Below the pieces are notes generated by a model that was given only the letters and a program-made list of their open reading frames with translations, ran no database searches and had not been told where the DNA came from. A DNA stretch of 64,000 nt from an uncultured Actinomycetota bacterium (GTDB lineage: Bacteria > Actinomycetota > Actinomycetes > Mycobacteriales > SCTD01). The stretch is from contig CAWAGF010000002.1 of assembly GCA_963781675.1 (NCBI GenBank), positions 249,776 through 313,775 of the forward strand, written 5' to 3'. Positions 1 to 11,740 of this stretch are shown piece by piece; positions within the stretch are counted from its first letter, which is position 1; every line of letters begins with the position of its first letter. The translations under genes were made by a program, and so were the position numbers.

Positions 1-2090
1 GGCACGAACTCGGTGAACCCGCCGGTCTCGTCCTGCAGCCGGGCCAGCAGCTGCAGGTGCGCGACCCAGTGGTGCGGCTGGTCGACGTGGCCGTACATCA
101 TCGTGCTGGTCGTCGGCAGACCGAGCCGGTGCGCCGTCGTGACGACCTCGACCCACTGCGACGTCGGCAGCTTGCCCTTCGTCAGCACCCAGCGGACGTC
201 GTCGTCGAGGATCTCCGCGGCCGTGCCGGGGAGGCTGTCCACCCCGGCGTCGCGGGCCTGCGCGAGGAACTCCGCGATCGGCACCGCCATCCGCGCGGCG
301 CCGTTGACGACCTCCATCGGGCTGTACGCGTGCAGGTGCAGCCCGGGTGCGGCGGCCCTCACCGCGCGGGCCAGGTCGAGGTAGGCGGTGCCCGGCAGCT
401 GCGGGTCGATCCCGCCCTGCATGCAGACCTCGGTGGCGCCGACGTCCCACGCCTCCGCCGCGCGCTGGCCGACCTCGTCCAGGGAGAGCGAGTAGGCGTC
501 GGCGTCCGTACGGCGCTGGGCGAAGGCGCAGAAGCGGCAGCCGGTGTAGCAGACGTTGGTGAAGTTGATGTTCCGGTTGACGACGTACGTCACGTCGTCG
601 CCGACGGTGTCGCGCCGCACGTCGTCGGCCAGCGCGCAGACGGCCTCCAGGTCCGCGCCGTCGGCGGTGATGAGGGCCAGCGCCTGCGCCGCGGTCAGCG
701 CCGCGGGCCGGTCACGCGCGACGCGCAGCGCGGCGGCGACGTCGTGGTCGAGCGGCGCCACCTGCGCGGGCACCTGCAGCGCCGACCAGTCGCCGTAGAC
801 GTCGTCGAAGTCGGAGCGGCGCTCGGCGGAGCGGCCGGTGGTGTCGACGGTCGCGTGCAGGTCGGTGCGGCCGGACAGGACGAGCCCGCCGTCCGGCTCC
901 TGCCAGGGCAACCCCTTCGGCAGGACGTCCAGCGCCAGGCCGTCCGGACCGGCGAGGGCGTCGACGTGCGCGGCCAGCCGCGGGTCGAGCCACGGCTCGG
1001 CGAGGAACGGCGGGTGGGCGGTCAGCCGCTCGCGCAGCTCGAAGCCGGACGCCTCGGAAGCGCCTGCCAGCGCGGCGATCTGGGGCCAGGGCCGCTCGGG
1101 GTTCACGTGGTCCGGCGTCAGCGGGGAGACGCCGCCCCAGTCGTCGACCCCGGCACGCAGGAGCAGCGCGGTCTCGGCCAGGTCGACGAGGTTCGGCGGG
1201 GCCTGGACGCGCATGCGCGGGCCCATCACCAGCCGGGTCACGGCGATTGCCGCGAGGTACTCGTCCAGCGACGCGTCCGGCGCGCTGCGCATCGCGGTGT
1301 CGTCCTTGGCCCGGAAGTTCTGGACGATCACCTCCTGCACGTGGCCGTGCCGGCGGTGCGCCGCACGGATGGCGAAGACCGTCTCGGCGCGGTCGCGCAG
1401 CGTCTCGCCGATCCCGACGAGCAGCCCGGTCGTGAACGGGACGGCGTGCCGGCCGGCGTCCTCAAGGACGCGCAGCCGCACCGCGGGGTCCTTGTCCGGC
1501 GAGCCGTGGTGCGCCGGCACGTCGGCGGTCGTCTCGAGCATCATCCCCATCGAGGGGGCCACCGGCTTGAGCCGCTGCAGCTCGGCCCAGGTCATCACGC
1601 CCGGGTTCAGGTGCGGCAGCAGACCGGTCTCCTCGAGCACTGCGATCGCGCAGGCGCGGACGTAGGCGAGCGTGCTGTCGTAGCCCGCCTCGTCGAGCCA
1701 CTCCCGCGCGGCGTCCCAGCGGGCCTCCGGCCGGTCGCCGAGGGTGAACAGCGCCTCCTTGCAGCCGAGCGCCGCGCCCTGCCGCGCGATGTCCAGCACC
1801 TCGTCGACGGTGAGGTACGGCGCGGGCAGCCGGCCGGGCACCGTCGCGAAGGTGCAGTAGTGGCAGCGGTCCCGGCACAGGCGGGTCAGCGGGACGAAGA
1901 CCTTGCGGCTGTACGTGACGACGCCGGGGCGGCCCGCGTCGGCGAGCCCGGCGTCGCGGACGCGGCCCGCGACCTCGAGCAGCGCGTCGAGCGCCTCGCC
2001 CCGGGCGGACAGCAGGACGGTGGCCTCGTCGAGGTCGAGCGCCTTTCCGTCGCGGGCCCGCGCGAGTGCGCGCCGCATGCCCGACTCCAT
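1..2090 (-). CDS. fbiC: Bifunctional FO synthase (CofG-CofH fusion), 3' end runs off the window
   Basis: Manual minus-strand translation from ATG at 2090: [15 protein letters not shown]...[24 protein letters not shown] (radical SAM CxxxCxxC). A second motif, [17 protein letters not shown], lies near 530-575. Absent from the ORF track because there is no stop in the window. Confidence 0.95.
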   Translation of the reverse strand, partial: MESGMRRALARARDGKALDLDEATVLLSARGEALDALLEVAGRVRDAGLADAGRPGVVTYSRKVFVPLTRLCRDRCHYCTFATVPGRLPAPYLTVDEVLDIARQGAALGCKEALFTLGDRPEARWDAAREWLDEAGYDSTLAYVRACAIAVLEETGLLPHLNPGVMTWAELQRLKPVAPSMGMMLETTADVPAHHGSPDKDPAVRLRVLEDAGRHAVPFTTGLLVGIGETLRDRAETVFAIRAAHRRHGHVQEVIVQNFRAKDDTAMRSAPDASLDEYLAAIAVTRLVMGPRMRVQAPPNLVDLAETALLLRAGVDDWGGVSPLTPDHVNPERPWPQIAALAGASEASGFELRERLTAHPPFLAEPWLDPRLAAHVDALAGPDGLALDVLPKGLPWQEPDGGLVLSGRTDLHATVDTTGRSAERRSDFDDVYGDWSALQVPAQVAPLDHDVAAALRVARDRPAALTAAQALALITADGADLEAVCALADDVRRDTVGDDVTYVVNRNINFTNVCYTGCRFCAFAQRRTDADAYSLSLDEVGQRAAEAWDVGATEVCMQGGIDPQLPGTAYLDLARAVRAAAPGLHLHAYSPMEVVNGAARMAVPIAEFLAQARDAGVDSLPGTAAEILDDDVRWVLTKGKLPTSQWVEVVTTAHRLGLPTTSTMMYGHVDQPHHWVAHLQLLARLQDETGGFTEFV

Positions 2091-2099
2091 CTCCCGACC

Positions 2100-3221
2100 C
2101 TACGTGCGGCCGGCCCGCAGCGGCCGCGTGACCAGGGCGAGGACCAGCTCGAGCGGGCCGCGCCCGACGTACCGCCGCCACACCGTCGCGAAGAGCAGCG
2201 CCACGAGCACCTGTGCCAGGTAGTACGGCTCCGGGTCGTCGGTCTCGGTGGACCCGAGGAAGGCGACGTGCGCGGTGTAGAGCGACAGCGGCATGCTGCC
2301 CGCCGACCACAGCGGCGTGAGCAGCGCCGCGAGCCGGCCCCGGACGAGCAGCGCGAGGCCGAGCACGAGCAGCGCGGTGCCGGTCGTGGCGAGCACGTCC
2401 AGCGGGGTGCTGGTGTGCGGCGCGTCGGTGGCCAGCCACCAGGCCGAGGTCGTGGGCACGTTGCCGAACCGGGCGGCGTCCACGACCTGCTCGACGGTGC
2501 GCCCGTCGTCGGCCCGCACCACGCCGGCCAGCTCTGCGTACCCCCCGAGCGGACCCAGCAGCAGGGCGCTGACGCCGACGGCGACCGCCGCGAGGACGGC
2601 GCCGCCGCCGGCCAGCCGCAGGGCGGTCCCGCGCTGACGCAGCGCGAGCCGGCCCACCGCGAGCCCGGTCAGCAGGTACGCCAGCCAGACGGCCGCCGGG
2701 TAGTAGCCGGTCAGCAGCAGCTCGCCGAGGAGCCGGCCGGGCTCGGCCAGGTCGGCGAGGACGGGGCTGGCGCTGTCGCGCGGCGGCAGCTCGTCGCGGA
2801 CCGCGAAGCTCACGAACGGCATCGCCAGCGCGACGACCGCGGCCGCCACGACCAGGGTCCGCGGCCCGGCCCGAAGCCACGGGAGCGCCAGCACGAAGAG
2901 CAGCGCGTAGTAGGTCAGGATCACGGCGATCCCGCTCTCCAGCGTCCCGAGCCAGAGGCCGACCGCGCCGATGAGCGCGGCCCGCAGCAGCAGGGCGGCG
3001 CCCGCGTGGGGCAGGCTCGGGCGCCGGCCGTAGGCCAGGGCGAGCCCGACCCCGGCGAGCACCGCGAACAGCGCCGCCGACCGGCCGCTCGCCACCTGGT
3101 CGGCCAGCGACGGGGAGCCGTCCGGGTCCTCCGACGGCAGGACGTGCACCGCCATCATCCCGAGCAGGGCGAGCCCGCGGGCGAGGTCGACGCCCACGAG
3201 GCGGTCCGGGCGGGGCGTCAC
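2100..3221 (-). CDS. Membrane protein, DUF418/heparan-alpha-glucosaminide N-acetyltransferase-like family
   Basis: RLVGVDLARGLALLGMMAVH, GRSAALFAVLAGV, GSMPLSLYTAH and RGPLE motifs; many TM segments; GTG start chosen at 3221. Confidence 0.8.
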   Translation of the reverse strand: MTPRPDRLVGVDLARGLALLGMMAVHVLPSEDPDGSPSLADQVASGRSAALFAVLAGVGLALAYGRRPSLPHAGAALLLRAALIGAVGLWLGTLESGIAVILTYYALLFVLALPWLRAGPRTLVVAAAVVALAMPFVSFAVRDELPPRDSASPVLADLAEPGRLLGELLLTGYYPAAVWLAYLLTGLAVGRLALRQRGTALRLAGGGAVLAAVAVGVSALLLGPLGGYAELAGVVRADDGRTVEQVVDAARFGNVPTTSAWWLATDAPHTSTPLDVLATTGTALLVLGLALLVRGRLAALLTPLWSAGSMPLSLYTAHVAFLGSTETDDPEPYYLAQVLVALLFATVWRRYVGRGPLELVLALVTRPLRAGRT

Positions 3222-3249
3222 CCGGCCAGTCTCCCGGACGGCCCGGAGG

Positions 3250-4065
3250 TCAGCCCGTCGCCGAGCCCAGCACCGCCGACGCCGGCAGCTCGACCCGTCC
3301 GTCGGAGGCCCCGAAGCGGCTGGCGGCCACCTCGACGTAGCGCTCACGCACCGCGGCGCGCTCCTCGTCGGAGGCGGCGGCCAGCACGGCGCCGGTGCGC
3401 GGGGTGGCCGCGGCCACCGCGTCGAACCACGCGCCGGGCTCGACCGCGACGATCCAGCCCACCCGCTCCACCCGCACGTCCGAGAAGGCCGTCGTGAGCA
3501 GCTCGTGCATCGCGCCGTCGCGCGAGTAGTGCTGGGAGTCCGGGCCGGGCGGTGCCGCGCCGGAAAGCCCGAGAGAGGCGGCCACCGGGCCGAACAGGCC
3601 GAGGGCGGCGTTGGCCTCCGGCAGGTCCCACACCGTCAGCGCGACGCGTCCGCCCGGCCGCAGCACCCGCGCCAGCGACGTGACCGCCGCCTGCGGCCGC
3701 GGCAGGTGGTTGAGCAGGTAGCCGGCGACGACCGCGTCGAAGCAGGCGTCGTCGTACGGCAGCTGCTCGACGGGGGCCGTCACCGCGTCGACGCCCGCCG
3801 CGCGGGCGATCTCGACCATGGCGCTGCTCTGGTCGGCGGCGGCCACCGAGGCGCCCCGCTCCAGCGCGGCGAGGGCGACGAAGCCCGGGCCGGTGCCGAC
3901 GTCGAGCACCCGCGACCCGGAGGCCACACCCGCCGCGTCCAGCAGCGCCGGGATGCTGCCGCGGGTGAGGTCGCCCAGGGAGGCGGCGTACGGCGCGGCC
4001 CGCACCTCCCACGCCGCCCGCTCCCACGCGCCGAAGGCGTCCAGCTCCTGCTCGGTGTGCGTCAT
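3250..4065 (-). CDS. Class I SAM-dependent methyltransferase
   Basis: VLDVGTGPG motif I; FDAVV; ARVLRPGGRV. Confidence 0.9.
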   Translation of the reverse strand: MTHTEQELDAFGAWERAAWEVRAAPYAASLGDLTRGSIPALLDAAGVASGSRVLDVGTGPGFVALAALERGASVAAADQSSAMVEIARAAGVDAVTAPVEQLPYDDACFDAVVAGYLLNHLPRPQAAVTSLARVLRPGGRVALTVWDLPEANAALGLFGPVAASLGLSGAAPPGPDSQHYSRDGAMHELLTTAFSDVRVERVGWIVAVEPGAWFDAVAAATPRTGAVLAAASDEERAAVRERYVEVAASRFGASDGRVELPASAVLGSATG

Positions 4066-4109
4066 GGCCGTGACCCTGTCACCCGTCCGCGGGCAGGCAG
4101 ACTGGCCGC

Positions 4110-4610
4110 ATGACCTCCACGCACGACGACGTCGCCTGCGCGATGGCGCACGGAACGGTGCCCGCCCCCACCGGTGACCGACGGCTGGTGGCGGTGTTCG
4201 CCTCGCCGGTCGCCGAGCAGCTGGTGCACCTGGCCGCGCACGTCGGCTACGCCTGCGTCGTGCTCGACCCGGCCGGCGGCGGCGACGCCACCACCGCGGC
4301 GGAGGCCGGCATCGACGGCACGACCGACGTCGTCGTCACCGACCACGACCGGCCCGAGCTCGGCGACGTGCTCACCGAGGTGCTGCGGACGCCGGCGCGC
4401 TGGGTCGGCGTCATGGGCAGCCCGCGGCACACCGCACCGCACGTCGCGGCGCTCGCGGAGCGCGGCGTGCCGGCCGACCAGATCGCCCGCGTCCACCGGC
4501 CGATCGGCCTCGACATCGGCTCGCACTCCCCCGCCGAGATCGCCGTCTCCACCGTCGCCGGCCTGCTCGCGGACCGCAACGGCCGCAGCGGCGGGACGTA
4601 CCGCGCATGA
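4110..4610 (+). CDS. XdhC family protein (C-terminal Rossmann domain only)
   Basis: [37 protein letters not shown] motifs. Confidence 0.85.
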   Translation: MTSTHDDVACAMAHGTVPAPTGDRRLVAVFASPVAEQLVHLAAHVGYACVVLDPAGGGDATTAAEAGIDGTTDVVVTDHDRPELGDVLTEVLRTPARWVGVMGSPRHTAPHVAALAERGVPADQIARVHRPIGLDIGSHSPAEIAVSTVAGLLADRNGRSGGTYRA

Positions 4611-5548
4611 GGATCGTGGCCCTCGCCGGGGGCATCGGCGGCGCGCGCTTCCTGCGCGGGCTCCAGGCAGCCGTCCCGGACGCGGAGCTGACGGTCGTCG
4701 TGAACACCGGCGACGACATCACGATGTACGGCCTGCGCATCTGCCCGGACCTCGACACCGTCATGTACACCCTCGGCGGCGGCATCGACGAGGAGCGCGG
4801 CTGGGGCCGGCAGGACGAGACGTTCCGCGCCAAGGAGGAGCTGCAGGCCTACGAGGTCCCGACCGCGTGGTTCGGCCTCGGCGACCGCGACCTCGCCACG
4901 CACCTGGTCCGCAGGCAGATGCTCGACGCCGGGTTCCCCCTGTCGCAGGTCACCCAGGCGCTGTGCGCGCGCTGGCAGCCCGGCGCCACGCTGCTGCCGA
5001 TGAGCGACGACCGCGTCGAGACGCACGTCCGCGTCGTCCTCGACGGCAGCGAGCGGGTCATCCACTTCCAGGAGTGGTGGGTCAAGCACCGTGCCGCCCT
5101 GCCCGCCAAGGCGATCGTGTCGGTCGGCGCGGAGCAGGCAGCGCCCGCGCCCGGTGTGCTGGACGCGATCGCGGCCGCGGACATGGTCGTGCTGCCGCCG
5201 AGCAACCCGGTCGTCAGCATCGGCAGCGTCCTGCAGGTGCCTGGCATCGCGGAGGCGCTGCGCAGCAAGACCGTCGTCGGGCTGTCCCCCGTCGTCGGCG
5301 GCGCGCCGGTGCGGGGGATGGCCGACGCCTGCCTCACCGCCATCGGCGTCGAGACCAGCGCGGAGGCGGTGGGCCGGCACTACGGCGCGAGGTCCGAGGG
5401 CGGCCTGCTCGACGGCTGGCTGGTGGACACCGCGGACGCCGGCGCCTCGGTGCCGGGGGTCGAGGTGCGCGCCGTGCCGCTGCTCATGACCGACCTTCCC
5501 GCGACGGCCGCCATGGCGCGGGCGGCGCTGGACCTCGCAGGTGCCTAG
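4607..5548 (+). CDS. cofD: 2-phospho-L-lactate transferase (CofD/FbiA)
   Basis: [55 protein letters not shown]. Confidence 0.97.
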   Translation: MRIVALAGGIGGARFLRGLQAAVPDAELTVVVNTGDDITMYGLRICPDLDTVMYTLGGGIDEERGWGRQDETFRAKEELQAYEVPTAWFGLGDRDLATHLVRRQMLDAGFPLSQVTQALCARWQPGATLLPMSDDRVETHVRVVLDGSERVIHFQEWWVKHRAALPAKAIVSVGAEQAAPAPGVLDAIAAADMVVLPPSNPVVSIGSVLQVPGIAEALRSKTVVGLSPVVGGAPVRGMADACLTAIGVETSAEAVGRHYGARSEGGLLDGWLVDTADAGASVPGVEVRAVPLLMTDLPATAAMARAALDLAGA

Positions 5549-6836
5549 CTACGAGGTCATCGGCGTCGAGGGGCTGCCCGAGGTGCGGCCCGGCGACGAC
5601 GTCGCGGCCCTCGTCGCGGGTGCGGTGGAGCTGCGCGACGGCGACATCGTGGTGGTCACCAGCAAGCTGCTCAGCAAGGCCGAGGGCCGGCTCGTCCCCG
5701 TCGGCGACGAGGACCGTGAGGTCGTCCGGCTGCGGGCCGTCGCCCAGGAGACGGTGCGCGAGGTGGCCCGCCGCGGCACGACCGTCATCGTCGAGAACCG
5801 CAACGGCCTGGTGCTCGCGGCCGCAGGCGTCGACGCCAGCAACGTGCGCGGCGACGAGATCGCCCTGCTGCCGGTGGATCCCGACGCCAGCGCCGACGGC
5901 CTGCGCACCCGCCTGCACGAGCTGACCGGCCGCACCGTGGCGGTCGTCGTGAGCGACACCATGGGGCGCGCCTGGCGGGTCGGCCAGGTGGACCAGGCGA
6001 TCGGCGCGGCCGGGCTCGCGCCGGTGCGGGACGCCCGCGGCACGACCGACTCGTACGGCGCGGTCCTGGAGGTCACCGAGATCGCCGTCGCCGACGAGCT
6101 GGCGGGCGCCGCGGAGCTGGTGAAGGGCAAGGCCGACGGGGTGCCGGTGGCGGTCGTGCGGGGGCTCGCGCTGCCCGACGACGGCCGGGGTGCGCTGGCG
6201 CTGGTCCGGCCCGCGCAGCAGGACTGGTTCCGGCTCGGCACCGCGGAGGCGCACCGCGGCACCCTCGCGCTGCGCCGGACCGTGCGCCGCTTCGACGACC
6301 GGCCGGTGGACCGTGAGGTCGTGCTGCGCGCCGTCGCGGCGGCGGTCACCGCCCCCGCACCGCACCACACGACGCCGTGGCGCTTCGTGCTCGTGGAGGA
6401 GCGCGCCGACGCGCTGCTGGACGCGATGGCGGCGCAGTGGGAGCGGGACCTGCGCGCGGACGGGTTCAGCGACGAGAGCATTTCCAGGCGGCTGCGGCGC
6501 GGGGAGGTGCTGCGCGGTGTGCCGTACCTCGTCGTGCCGTGCCTGGTGCGCGACGGCGCGCACGCCTACCCCGACGAGAGGCGCCGGCGGGCCGAGGAGC
6601 GGATGTTCCTGGTGGCCATGGGCGCCGGCGTGGAGAACCTGCTGGTGCAGCTCGCCGCCGAGGGGCTCGGCAGCGCGTGGGTGAGCAGCACGCTGTTCTG
6701 CCCCGACGTCGTGCGCGACGTGCTGGAGCTGCCCCCCGACTGGGAGCCGATGGGGGCGGTGGCCGTGGGTCACGCGGCCGAGCCGCCGGGCGAGCGCCCG
6801 CCCCGCGAGCCGCGCGACTACGTCGTGCTGCGCTGA
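5541..6836 (+). CDS. fbiB: Coenzyme F420-0:L-glutamate ligase with C-terminal nitroreductase domain
   Basis: [39 protein letters not shown]; C-terminal [12 protein letters not shown]. Confidence 0.96.
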   Translation: MPSYEVIGVEGLPEVRPGDDVAALVAGAVELRDGDIVVVTSKLLSKAEGRLVPVGDEDREVVRLRAVAQETVREVARRGTTVIVENRNGLVLAAAGVDASNVRGDEIALLPVDPDASADGLRTRLHELTGRTVAVVVSDTMGRAWRVGQVDQAIGAAGLAPVRDARGTTDSYGAVLEVTEIAVADELAGAAELVKGKADGVPVAVVRGLALPDDGRGALALVRPAQQDWFRLGTAEAHRGTLALRRTVRRFDDRPVDREVVLRAVAAAVTAPAPHHTTPWRFVLVEERADALLDAMAAQWERDLRADGFSDESISRRLRRGEVLRGVPYLVVPCLVRDGAHAYPDERRRRAEERMFLVAMGAGVENLLVQLAAEGLGSAWVSSTLFCPDVVRDVLELPPDWEPMGAVAVGHAAEPPGERPPREPRDYVVLR

Positions 6837-7030
6837 CCCGCCGGAGCGGTCCACCCCTGCGCCTCGAGCTGCCTGCGCAGGGCCATGCCGGCCACCGCCT
6901 TGGCCTCAGCCAGGTCGAGGAGCGTCCGTGCCTCGGCGCCCACGCCCGCGGCGTCGTCCAGCGCCGTCGCCAGGTCGAGGTAGGCCGTCATCGCCGCCCG
7001 CAGGTCGGCATCGTCGAAGGCGAGCGTCAC
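6818..7030 (-). CDS. Small hypothetical protein
   Basis: 70-aa ORF with typical codon usage and a GAGGAGG RBS upstream. Confidence 0.6.
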   Translation of the reverse strand: MTLAFDDADLRAAMTAYLDLATALDDAAGVGAEARTLLDLAEAKAVAGMALRRQLEAQGWTAPAGQRSTT

Positions 7031-7041
7031 GAGGTCCCTCC

Positions 7042-8820
7042 TCAGGCGGAGCGGCGGCGGGTCACCACCGCGACGGCGAGCAGCAGCAGCCCGGCCAGCG
7101 CCAGGACGGGCGCGCCGCCCGTGGCCGGCAGGCGACCACCGGAGACGGTCGGGGCGGAGACGTCCGGCTGCGCGACCGGACCGCCCGCCACGGGCACGGC
7201 GACGGGCGCCGCACCGGACAGCCGGGCGCAGGTGGCGGACGGTCCCTCAGGAGCCTTGTCGAAGGCCGCGTAGAGCCCGAGCCCGCAGGACTGCCGGGTG
7301 ATGGCGCCGATGTCCTCCTGGCTGTAGAGCTCGGCGAACTCCGCCTCGGTCAGGTCGGCGTCGCGGTCCATGTCGCGGTCCGCGAACTCCACGTTGGTGT
7401 TACGGGTGTGGCCCTCGGTCACGCACCGCCCGACGCAGCCGTCGGCCCAGCCCACGACGACCCGGCCGACCGAGTCGACCGCCACGTCGATGAAGTCGAG
7501 CAGGTTGCGCTTGTTGTTCTGGCACTCCGCGCCGTCGGTCGCGATGCCGCTGCCCCACCAGATGCAGCCGCGCTGCACCGGGTCGTTCGGCGTGACGTCG
7601 GTCGTCGTCCAGCTCGACCCGCCGTCGTAGGTCATCGCGACGTAGAGGTGCCAGCCCGCCTTCGGGTCGTTCCCGTCCGGGTCGAAGTCGAGGTCCTGGT
7701 TCTCCGGCTGGTCCTCGGTGTTCAGCGGGGCCTCGGTGGGCGTGCCGAAGAAGGCCACGACCGCGCGTCCGGCGCTGCCCGCCTGGACCGTCGCCATGGT
7801 GGCGTTCTCGAGGCCGTACGGGGCACCCAGGTCGACGCTCCTGGTGAAGGTCTCGCCGCGGTCGGTCGTCGTCGCGACCATCATGTTGCTCGTGGCGTTC
7901 TCGTAGGCGACGTAGGCGCGGTTGCCCTCGTCGACGTCCACGGCCGGGTCCGAGTCGAAGTTCGGCGAGGTCGCGTCGGGGACCTGGCGGATCGTCCAGG
8001 TCAGCCCGCCGTCGGGGCTCACGACCACCGACGGGCGGTTCACGTCGAGCGCGTCGGCGGAGTTGCAGGCGAAGTTCGGCAGGTAGGCCGTGCCGTCGAC
8101 CGGCGAGGTGTTCAGGTGGCCGTGCAGCCCCTCGCAGCCGACGACCAGCGGGTCGCTGACCAGGTCGCCCTTGAACGTGTAGACGGGCCGGCTCTGCTCG
8201 TACGCCACGCCGCCGCTCCGGCTCAGCGAGCAGGTCGACTCGACGACCACCTGCGAGCAGTACCAGCTGACGCGGTCCGGGCCGTAGAGCGGGTTCGGGT
8301 CGACGGACCTCCCGAAGTGCACGGTCTGGTGGTCGAAGTTGGAGCCGACGCCGCACGCCGCGGCCGGCGTGTAGCCGAGCGGGTTGGTGGCGGTGGGCTC
8401 GCCGTCGGAGTCGGTGAAGGCCGCGATGCTGCACGGCGGTGCGAGCTGGGAGATCAGCGTGCGTCCGGTGACCGGGTCGGTCTCGAGGATCGGGTCCAGC
8501 GACGCCAGGCTCGTCGGCGGGCGGCTGACGTCCTTCCACGTCGCCTTGGCCGGCAGCGTGCTGTCGTCGAAGGTGATCTGGTCGGTCTCGGTGAACGCCT
8601 GGAACAGGACCTTGCCGGTCTTCCAGTTCACGCCGATCGTCGGCTCGCCGGCGTCGCGGGCGAGCTCGCCCGGCGCCGTGAAGCTGACGAACGTCGCCGA
8701 GCCGGCGGCCGGCTGGGTCACCGCGGCGGTCGCCGGCGAGGCGGCCACGACGAGGGCGAGGGCGCCCGCGGCGGCCGCGGCCGTGCGCAGGCGGCTGCGC
8801 GTGGAGGTGCGGACCAGCAT
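7042..8820 (-). CDS. Secreted Asp-box (BNR/sialidase-like) protein with LPxTG-like C-terminal anchor
   Basis: Signal peptide; SPDGGLTW, TTDRGETF, TYDGGSSW Asp-boxes; C-terminal LPATG + hydrophobic stretch + RRR. Confidence 0.75.
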   Translation of the reverse strand: MLVRTSTRSRLRTAAAAAGALALVVAASPATAAVTQPAAGSATFVSFTAPGELARDAGEPTIGVNWKTGKVLFQAFTETDQITFDDSTLPAKATWKDVSRPPTSLASLDPILETDPVTGRTLISQLAPPCSIAAFTDSDGEPTATNPLGYTPAAACGVGSNFDHQTVHFGRSVDPNPLYGPDRVSWYCSQVVVESTCSLSRSGGVAYEQSRPVYTFKGDLVSDPLVVGCEGLHGHLNTSPVDGTAYLPNFACNSADALDVNRPSVVVSPDGGLTWTIRQVPDATSPNFDSDPAVDVDEGNRAYVAYENATSNMMVATTTDRGETFTRSVDLGAPYGLENATMATVQAGSAGRAVVAFFGTPTEAPLNTEDQPENQDLDFDPDGNDPKAGWHLYVAMTYDGGSSWTTTDVTPNDPVQRGCIWWGSGIATDGAECQNNKRNLLDFIDVAVDSVGRVVVGWADGCVGRCVTEGHTRNTNVEFADRDMDRDADLTEAEFAELYSQEDIGAITRQSCGLGLYAAFDKAPEGPSATCARLSGAAPVAVPVAGGPVAQPDVSAPTVSGGRLPATGGAPVLALAGLLLLAVAVVTRRRSA

Positions 8821-8899
8821 GGGAGGTGCCTCTCGATCGTCGTGCCGCGGCGACGGGGGTCCCGCACCGCAGCCTTCGTCGTACGTCCGGTCTGTCCTG

Positions 8900-9334
8900 C
8901 TACCCCGCCGGTGACGACTGGGTCACAGGCGTGCTCAGCGTGAAGCCTGTCAGGCCGCGCGGGCAGGTCAGCAGGGCGACCGTCACCCCGACGTCCCCGG
9001 CGGCGGCGAACAGCTGCAGCCGGCCGGTCCGGCCCTCGTCCTCGTCACGGCTGACGACCGCCCCGGGCAGGCCGCGGAAGTGGTCGAGCACCTCGTCCAC
9101 GGTGGCCTCCACCCGGCCGGTGAGCAGGCGCTGGCCGGCCTGCTCGTCCAGGCCGACGACGACCGAGCCGGGCGGCAGGGCCACCGGGGGCGACGGCACC
9201 GCCGCCAGCGGCGAGGGCGGGGAGCAGGTCACCCCCGGAGCCTGCGTGCTCTCGCCCTCCACCGCCACCGGCGGCGGCTCGTCGGCCGGTGCGCAGCCGG
9301 TCAGCAGCAGCGCGACGAGGAGCAGGTGGCGCAC
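8900..9334 (-). CDS. Putative lipoprotein
   Basis: Lipobox LLTGC after a hydrophobic leader. Confidence 0.7.
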   Translation of the reverse strand: MRHLLLVALLLTGCAPADEPPPVAVEGESTQAPGVTCSPPSPLAAVPSPPVALPPGSVVVGLDEQAGQRLLTGRVEATVDEVLDHFRGLPGAVVSRDEDEGRTGRLQLFAAAGDVGVTVALLTCPRGLTGFTLSTPVTQSSPAG

Positions 9335-10279
9335 TCAGTGCCCCCGGTGGTCCTGCACGGTCATCCGGGGCCCGAAGCGCGGCTTGGCGAAGCCGCTGCA
9401 CTCCAGCAGCCGCACGACCCGGTAGCGGTGCGGCCGCCACGGCTCGAGCAGCGCGACCATGCCGTCGTCGTCGACCGGCCGGCCGGCCAGCGCCCAGCCG
9501 ACGTAGGCGGACAGGTGGTAGTCGCCGACGCTGAGCGCGTCGGTGTCGCCGAGCGCCCGCTGGGCGACCTCCGCGACGGTCCACGCGCCGATGCCAGGCA
9601 CGGCGGAGAGCCGGCGCGCGGCGTCGTCGCGCTCCATGCCGACGGCCTGCTCGAGCCGGGCGGCGTGCTGCATGGCCAGGCAGATCGTCCGGGACCGCTT
9701 CGGGTCCACCGCCGCGCGGTGCCACTCCCACGACGGGATCCGGCGCCAGGTCTCCGCCGACGGCGGGACGCGCATGCCGTCCGGCGCGGGTCCGGGGGCG
9801 GGCGTGCCGAAGGCCAGCACCAGCCGGCGGAAGGCTGCCCGGGCCTCCTTGCCGGTGACCTTCTGCTCCAGCACGGCGGGGACGAGGGCCTCGACGACCC
9901 GGCCGCTGCGGGGCACGCGGAGCCCCGGGTGCCGGGCGTGCGTCTCGGCCAGCAGCGGGTGCCGCGGCACGAAGCCGGCTGCGTCGTCGCGGGCGCCGAG
10001 CAGGTCCGGCACGCCGGCGACCGCCTCGTCCGCGCCCGGGCCCCAGGCCACGCACTCGACCTCGTGCAGGCCGCGCTGCGACAGCCGGTAGGTCACCGGT
10101 CCGGTCGGCATGAGGGAGGTGCGCCAGACGGCGCCGTCCTCGGTGACCCGGTGCGTCGGGTCCGCGCTCCCCCGGCGCAGCGGCGACAGGGTGCGCCGGA
10201 CGTCGACGGGGAGCTGCGGCCGCCAGGTGGTCGCCGCGGCCGGGCGCAGGTCCGCCGGAGCGGGGGCAGCGGGGGTCAC
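9335..10279 (-). CDS. DNA-3-methyladenine glycosylase (AlkA/HhH-GPD family)
   Basis: EALVPAVLEQKV; HhH motif LSAVPGIGAWT; DALSVGDYH. Confidence 0.9.
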   Translation of the reverse strand: MTPAAPAPADLRPAAATTWRPQLPVDVRRTLSPLRRGSADPTHRVTEDGAVWRTSLMPTGPVTYRLSQRGLHEVECVAWGPGADEAVAGVPDLLGARDDAAGFVPRHPLLAETHARHPGLRVPRSGRVVEALVPAVLEQKVTGKEARAAFRRLVLAFGTPAPGPAPDGMRVPPSAETWRRIPSWEWHRAAVDPKRSRTICLAMQHAARLEQAVGMERDDAARRLSAVPGIGAWTVAEVAQRALGDTDALSVGDYHLSAYVGWALAGRPVDDDGMVALLEPWRPHRYRVVRLLECSGFAKPRFGPRMTVQDHRGH

Positions 10280-10335
10280 GCGCCACAGTCTGCCGCTAGG
10301 GTCCGTCCTCCGGAGCCTGGAGCAGGAGGTCGCGC

Positions 10336-11103
10336 GTGGACAAGGTCGTCGGCAGCGCCGCCGAGGCCGTCGCGGACGTGGCGAGCGGGTCGTCGCTCGC
10401 GGTCGGCGGGTTCGGCCTGTGCGGCATCCCCAGCGCCCTCATCGAGGCCCTGCTCGCCGCGGGCGTCGACGAGCTGGAGACGGTGAGCAACAACTGCGGC
10501 GTGGACCAGTGGGGCCTCGGGATGCTGCTGGCCGCCAAGCGGATCCGCCGCACCACCGGCTCGTACGTCGGGGAGAACAAGGAGTTCGAGCGGCAGTTCC
10601 TCGGCGGCGAGCTCGAGGTCGAGCTCGTCCCGCAGGGCACCCTCGCGGAGCGGCTGCGCGCGGGTGGCGCCGGCATCCCGGCCTTCTTCACCCCCGCAGG
10701 GGTCGGCACGCAGGTGGCCGAGGGCGGCCTGCCGCTGCGCTACGACGGCTCCGGCGGCATCGCGCTGGCCAGCGAGCCCAAGGAGGTGCGCGAGTTCGAC
10801 GGCGTGCCGTACGTCCTCGAGCGCGCGATCCGCACGGACTTCGCGCTCGTGCACGCGCGCTACGGCGACCGGCACGGCAACCTCGTCTACGAGAAGTCGG
10901 CGCAGAACTTCAACCCGCTGTGCGCGGCCGCCGGTCGCGTCACGATCGCCGAGGTGGAGGAGCTGCTCGACCCGGGCGAGATCGACCCGATGGACGTGCA
11001 CACGCCGGGGATCTTCGTGCAGCGCGTCGTGCACGTCGCCGAGGTGGAGAAGCGCATCGAGAAGCGGACCGTGCAGGCCGCCCCGCTCGAGGAGGTGGCC
11101 TGA
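10336..11103 (+). CDS. scoA: 3-oxoacid CoA-transferase subunit A
   Basis: [40 protein letters not shown]. Confidence 0.93.
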   Translation: MDKVVGSAAEAVADVASGSSLAVGGFGLCGIPSALIEALLAAGVDELETVSNNCGVDQWGLGMLLAAKRIRRTTGSYVGENKEFERQFLGGELEVELVPQGTLAERLRAGGAGIPAFFTPAGVGTQVAEGGLPLRYDGSGGIALASEPKEVREFDGVPYVLERAIRTDFALVHARYGDRHGNLVYEKSAQNFNPLCAAAGRVTIAEVEELLDPGEIDPMDVHTPGIFVQRVVHVAEVEKRIEKRTVQAAPLEEVA

Positions 11104-11104
11104 G

Positions 11105-11740
11105 ATGGCGCTGACTCGCGACCAGCTCGCCGCGCGCGTGGCCCGCGAGCTCGAGGACGGCCAGTACGTCAACCTCGGAATCGGCCTCCCGACGCTCGTG
11201 CCGAACCACGTGCCGCAGGGCGTCCACGTCGTGCTGCAGTCCGAGAACGGCGTGCTGGGCGTCGGCCCCTACCCGGCCGAGGACGGCGTCGACCCGGACC
11301 TCATCAACGCCGGCAAGGAGACCGTGACGGTCCTGCCGGGGGCGTCCTACTTCGACAGCGCCGCGTCGTTCTCGATGATCCGCGGCGGGCACGTCGACGT
11401 CGCGATCCTCGGCGCGATGCAGGTGGCCCGCAACGGCGACCTGGCCAACTGGATGATCCCCGGGAAGATGGTCAAGGGGATGGGCGGCGCGATGGACCTC
11501 GTCCACGGCGCGAAGCGGGTGCTCGTGATGATGGAGCACGTGTCGCGCGACGGCACGCACAAGGTCGTCGAGCAGTGCACCCTGCCGCTGACCGGCAAGG
11601 CCTGCATCCAGCGCATCATCACCGACCTCGCCGTCATCGACGTCGAGCCCGAGGGCCTGGTCCTGCGGGAGACCGCGCCCGGCGTCAGCGTCGACGACGT
11701 CCGCGCCGCGACCGGTCCGGAGCTGACGGTCGCGCTCTAG
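11105..11740 (+). CDS. scoB: 3-oxoacid CoA-transferase subunit B
   Basis: [10 protein letters not shown], catalytic [14 protein letters not shown]; ATG at 11105. Confidence 0.93.
   Translation: MALTRDQLAARVARELEDGQYVNLGIGLPTLVPNHVPQGVHVVLQSENGVLGVGPYPAEDGVDPDLINAGKETVTVLPGASYFDSAASFSMIRGGHVDVAILGAMQVARNGDLANWMIPGKMVKGMGGAMDLVHGAKRVLVMMEHVSRDGTHKVVEQCTLPLTGKACIQRIITDLAVIDVEPEGLVLRETAPGVSVDDVRAATGPELTVAL

Noticed and set aside
57-3497. 1146-aa plus-strand ORF and many other long overlapping ORFs (e.g. 23232..25685, 32460..34505, 34538..36763)
   Set aside because: Antisense or shadow frames of real genes, expected in very GC-rich DNA; Arg/Gly/Pro-rich with no recognisable motifs.
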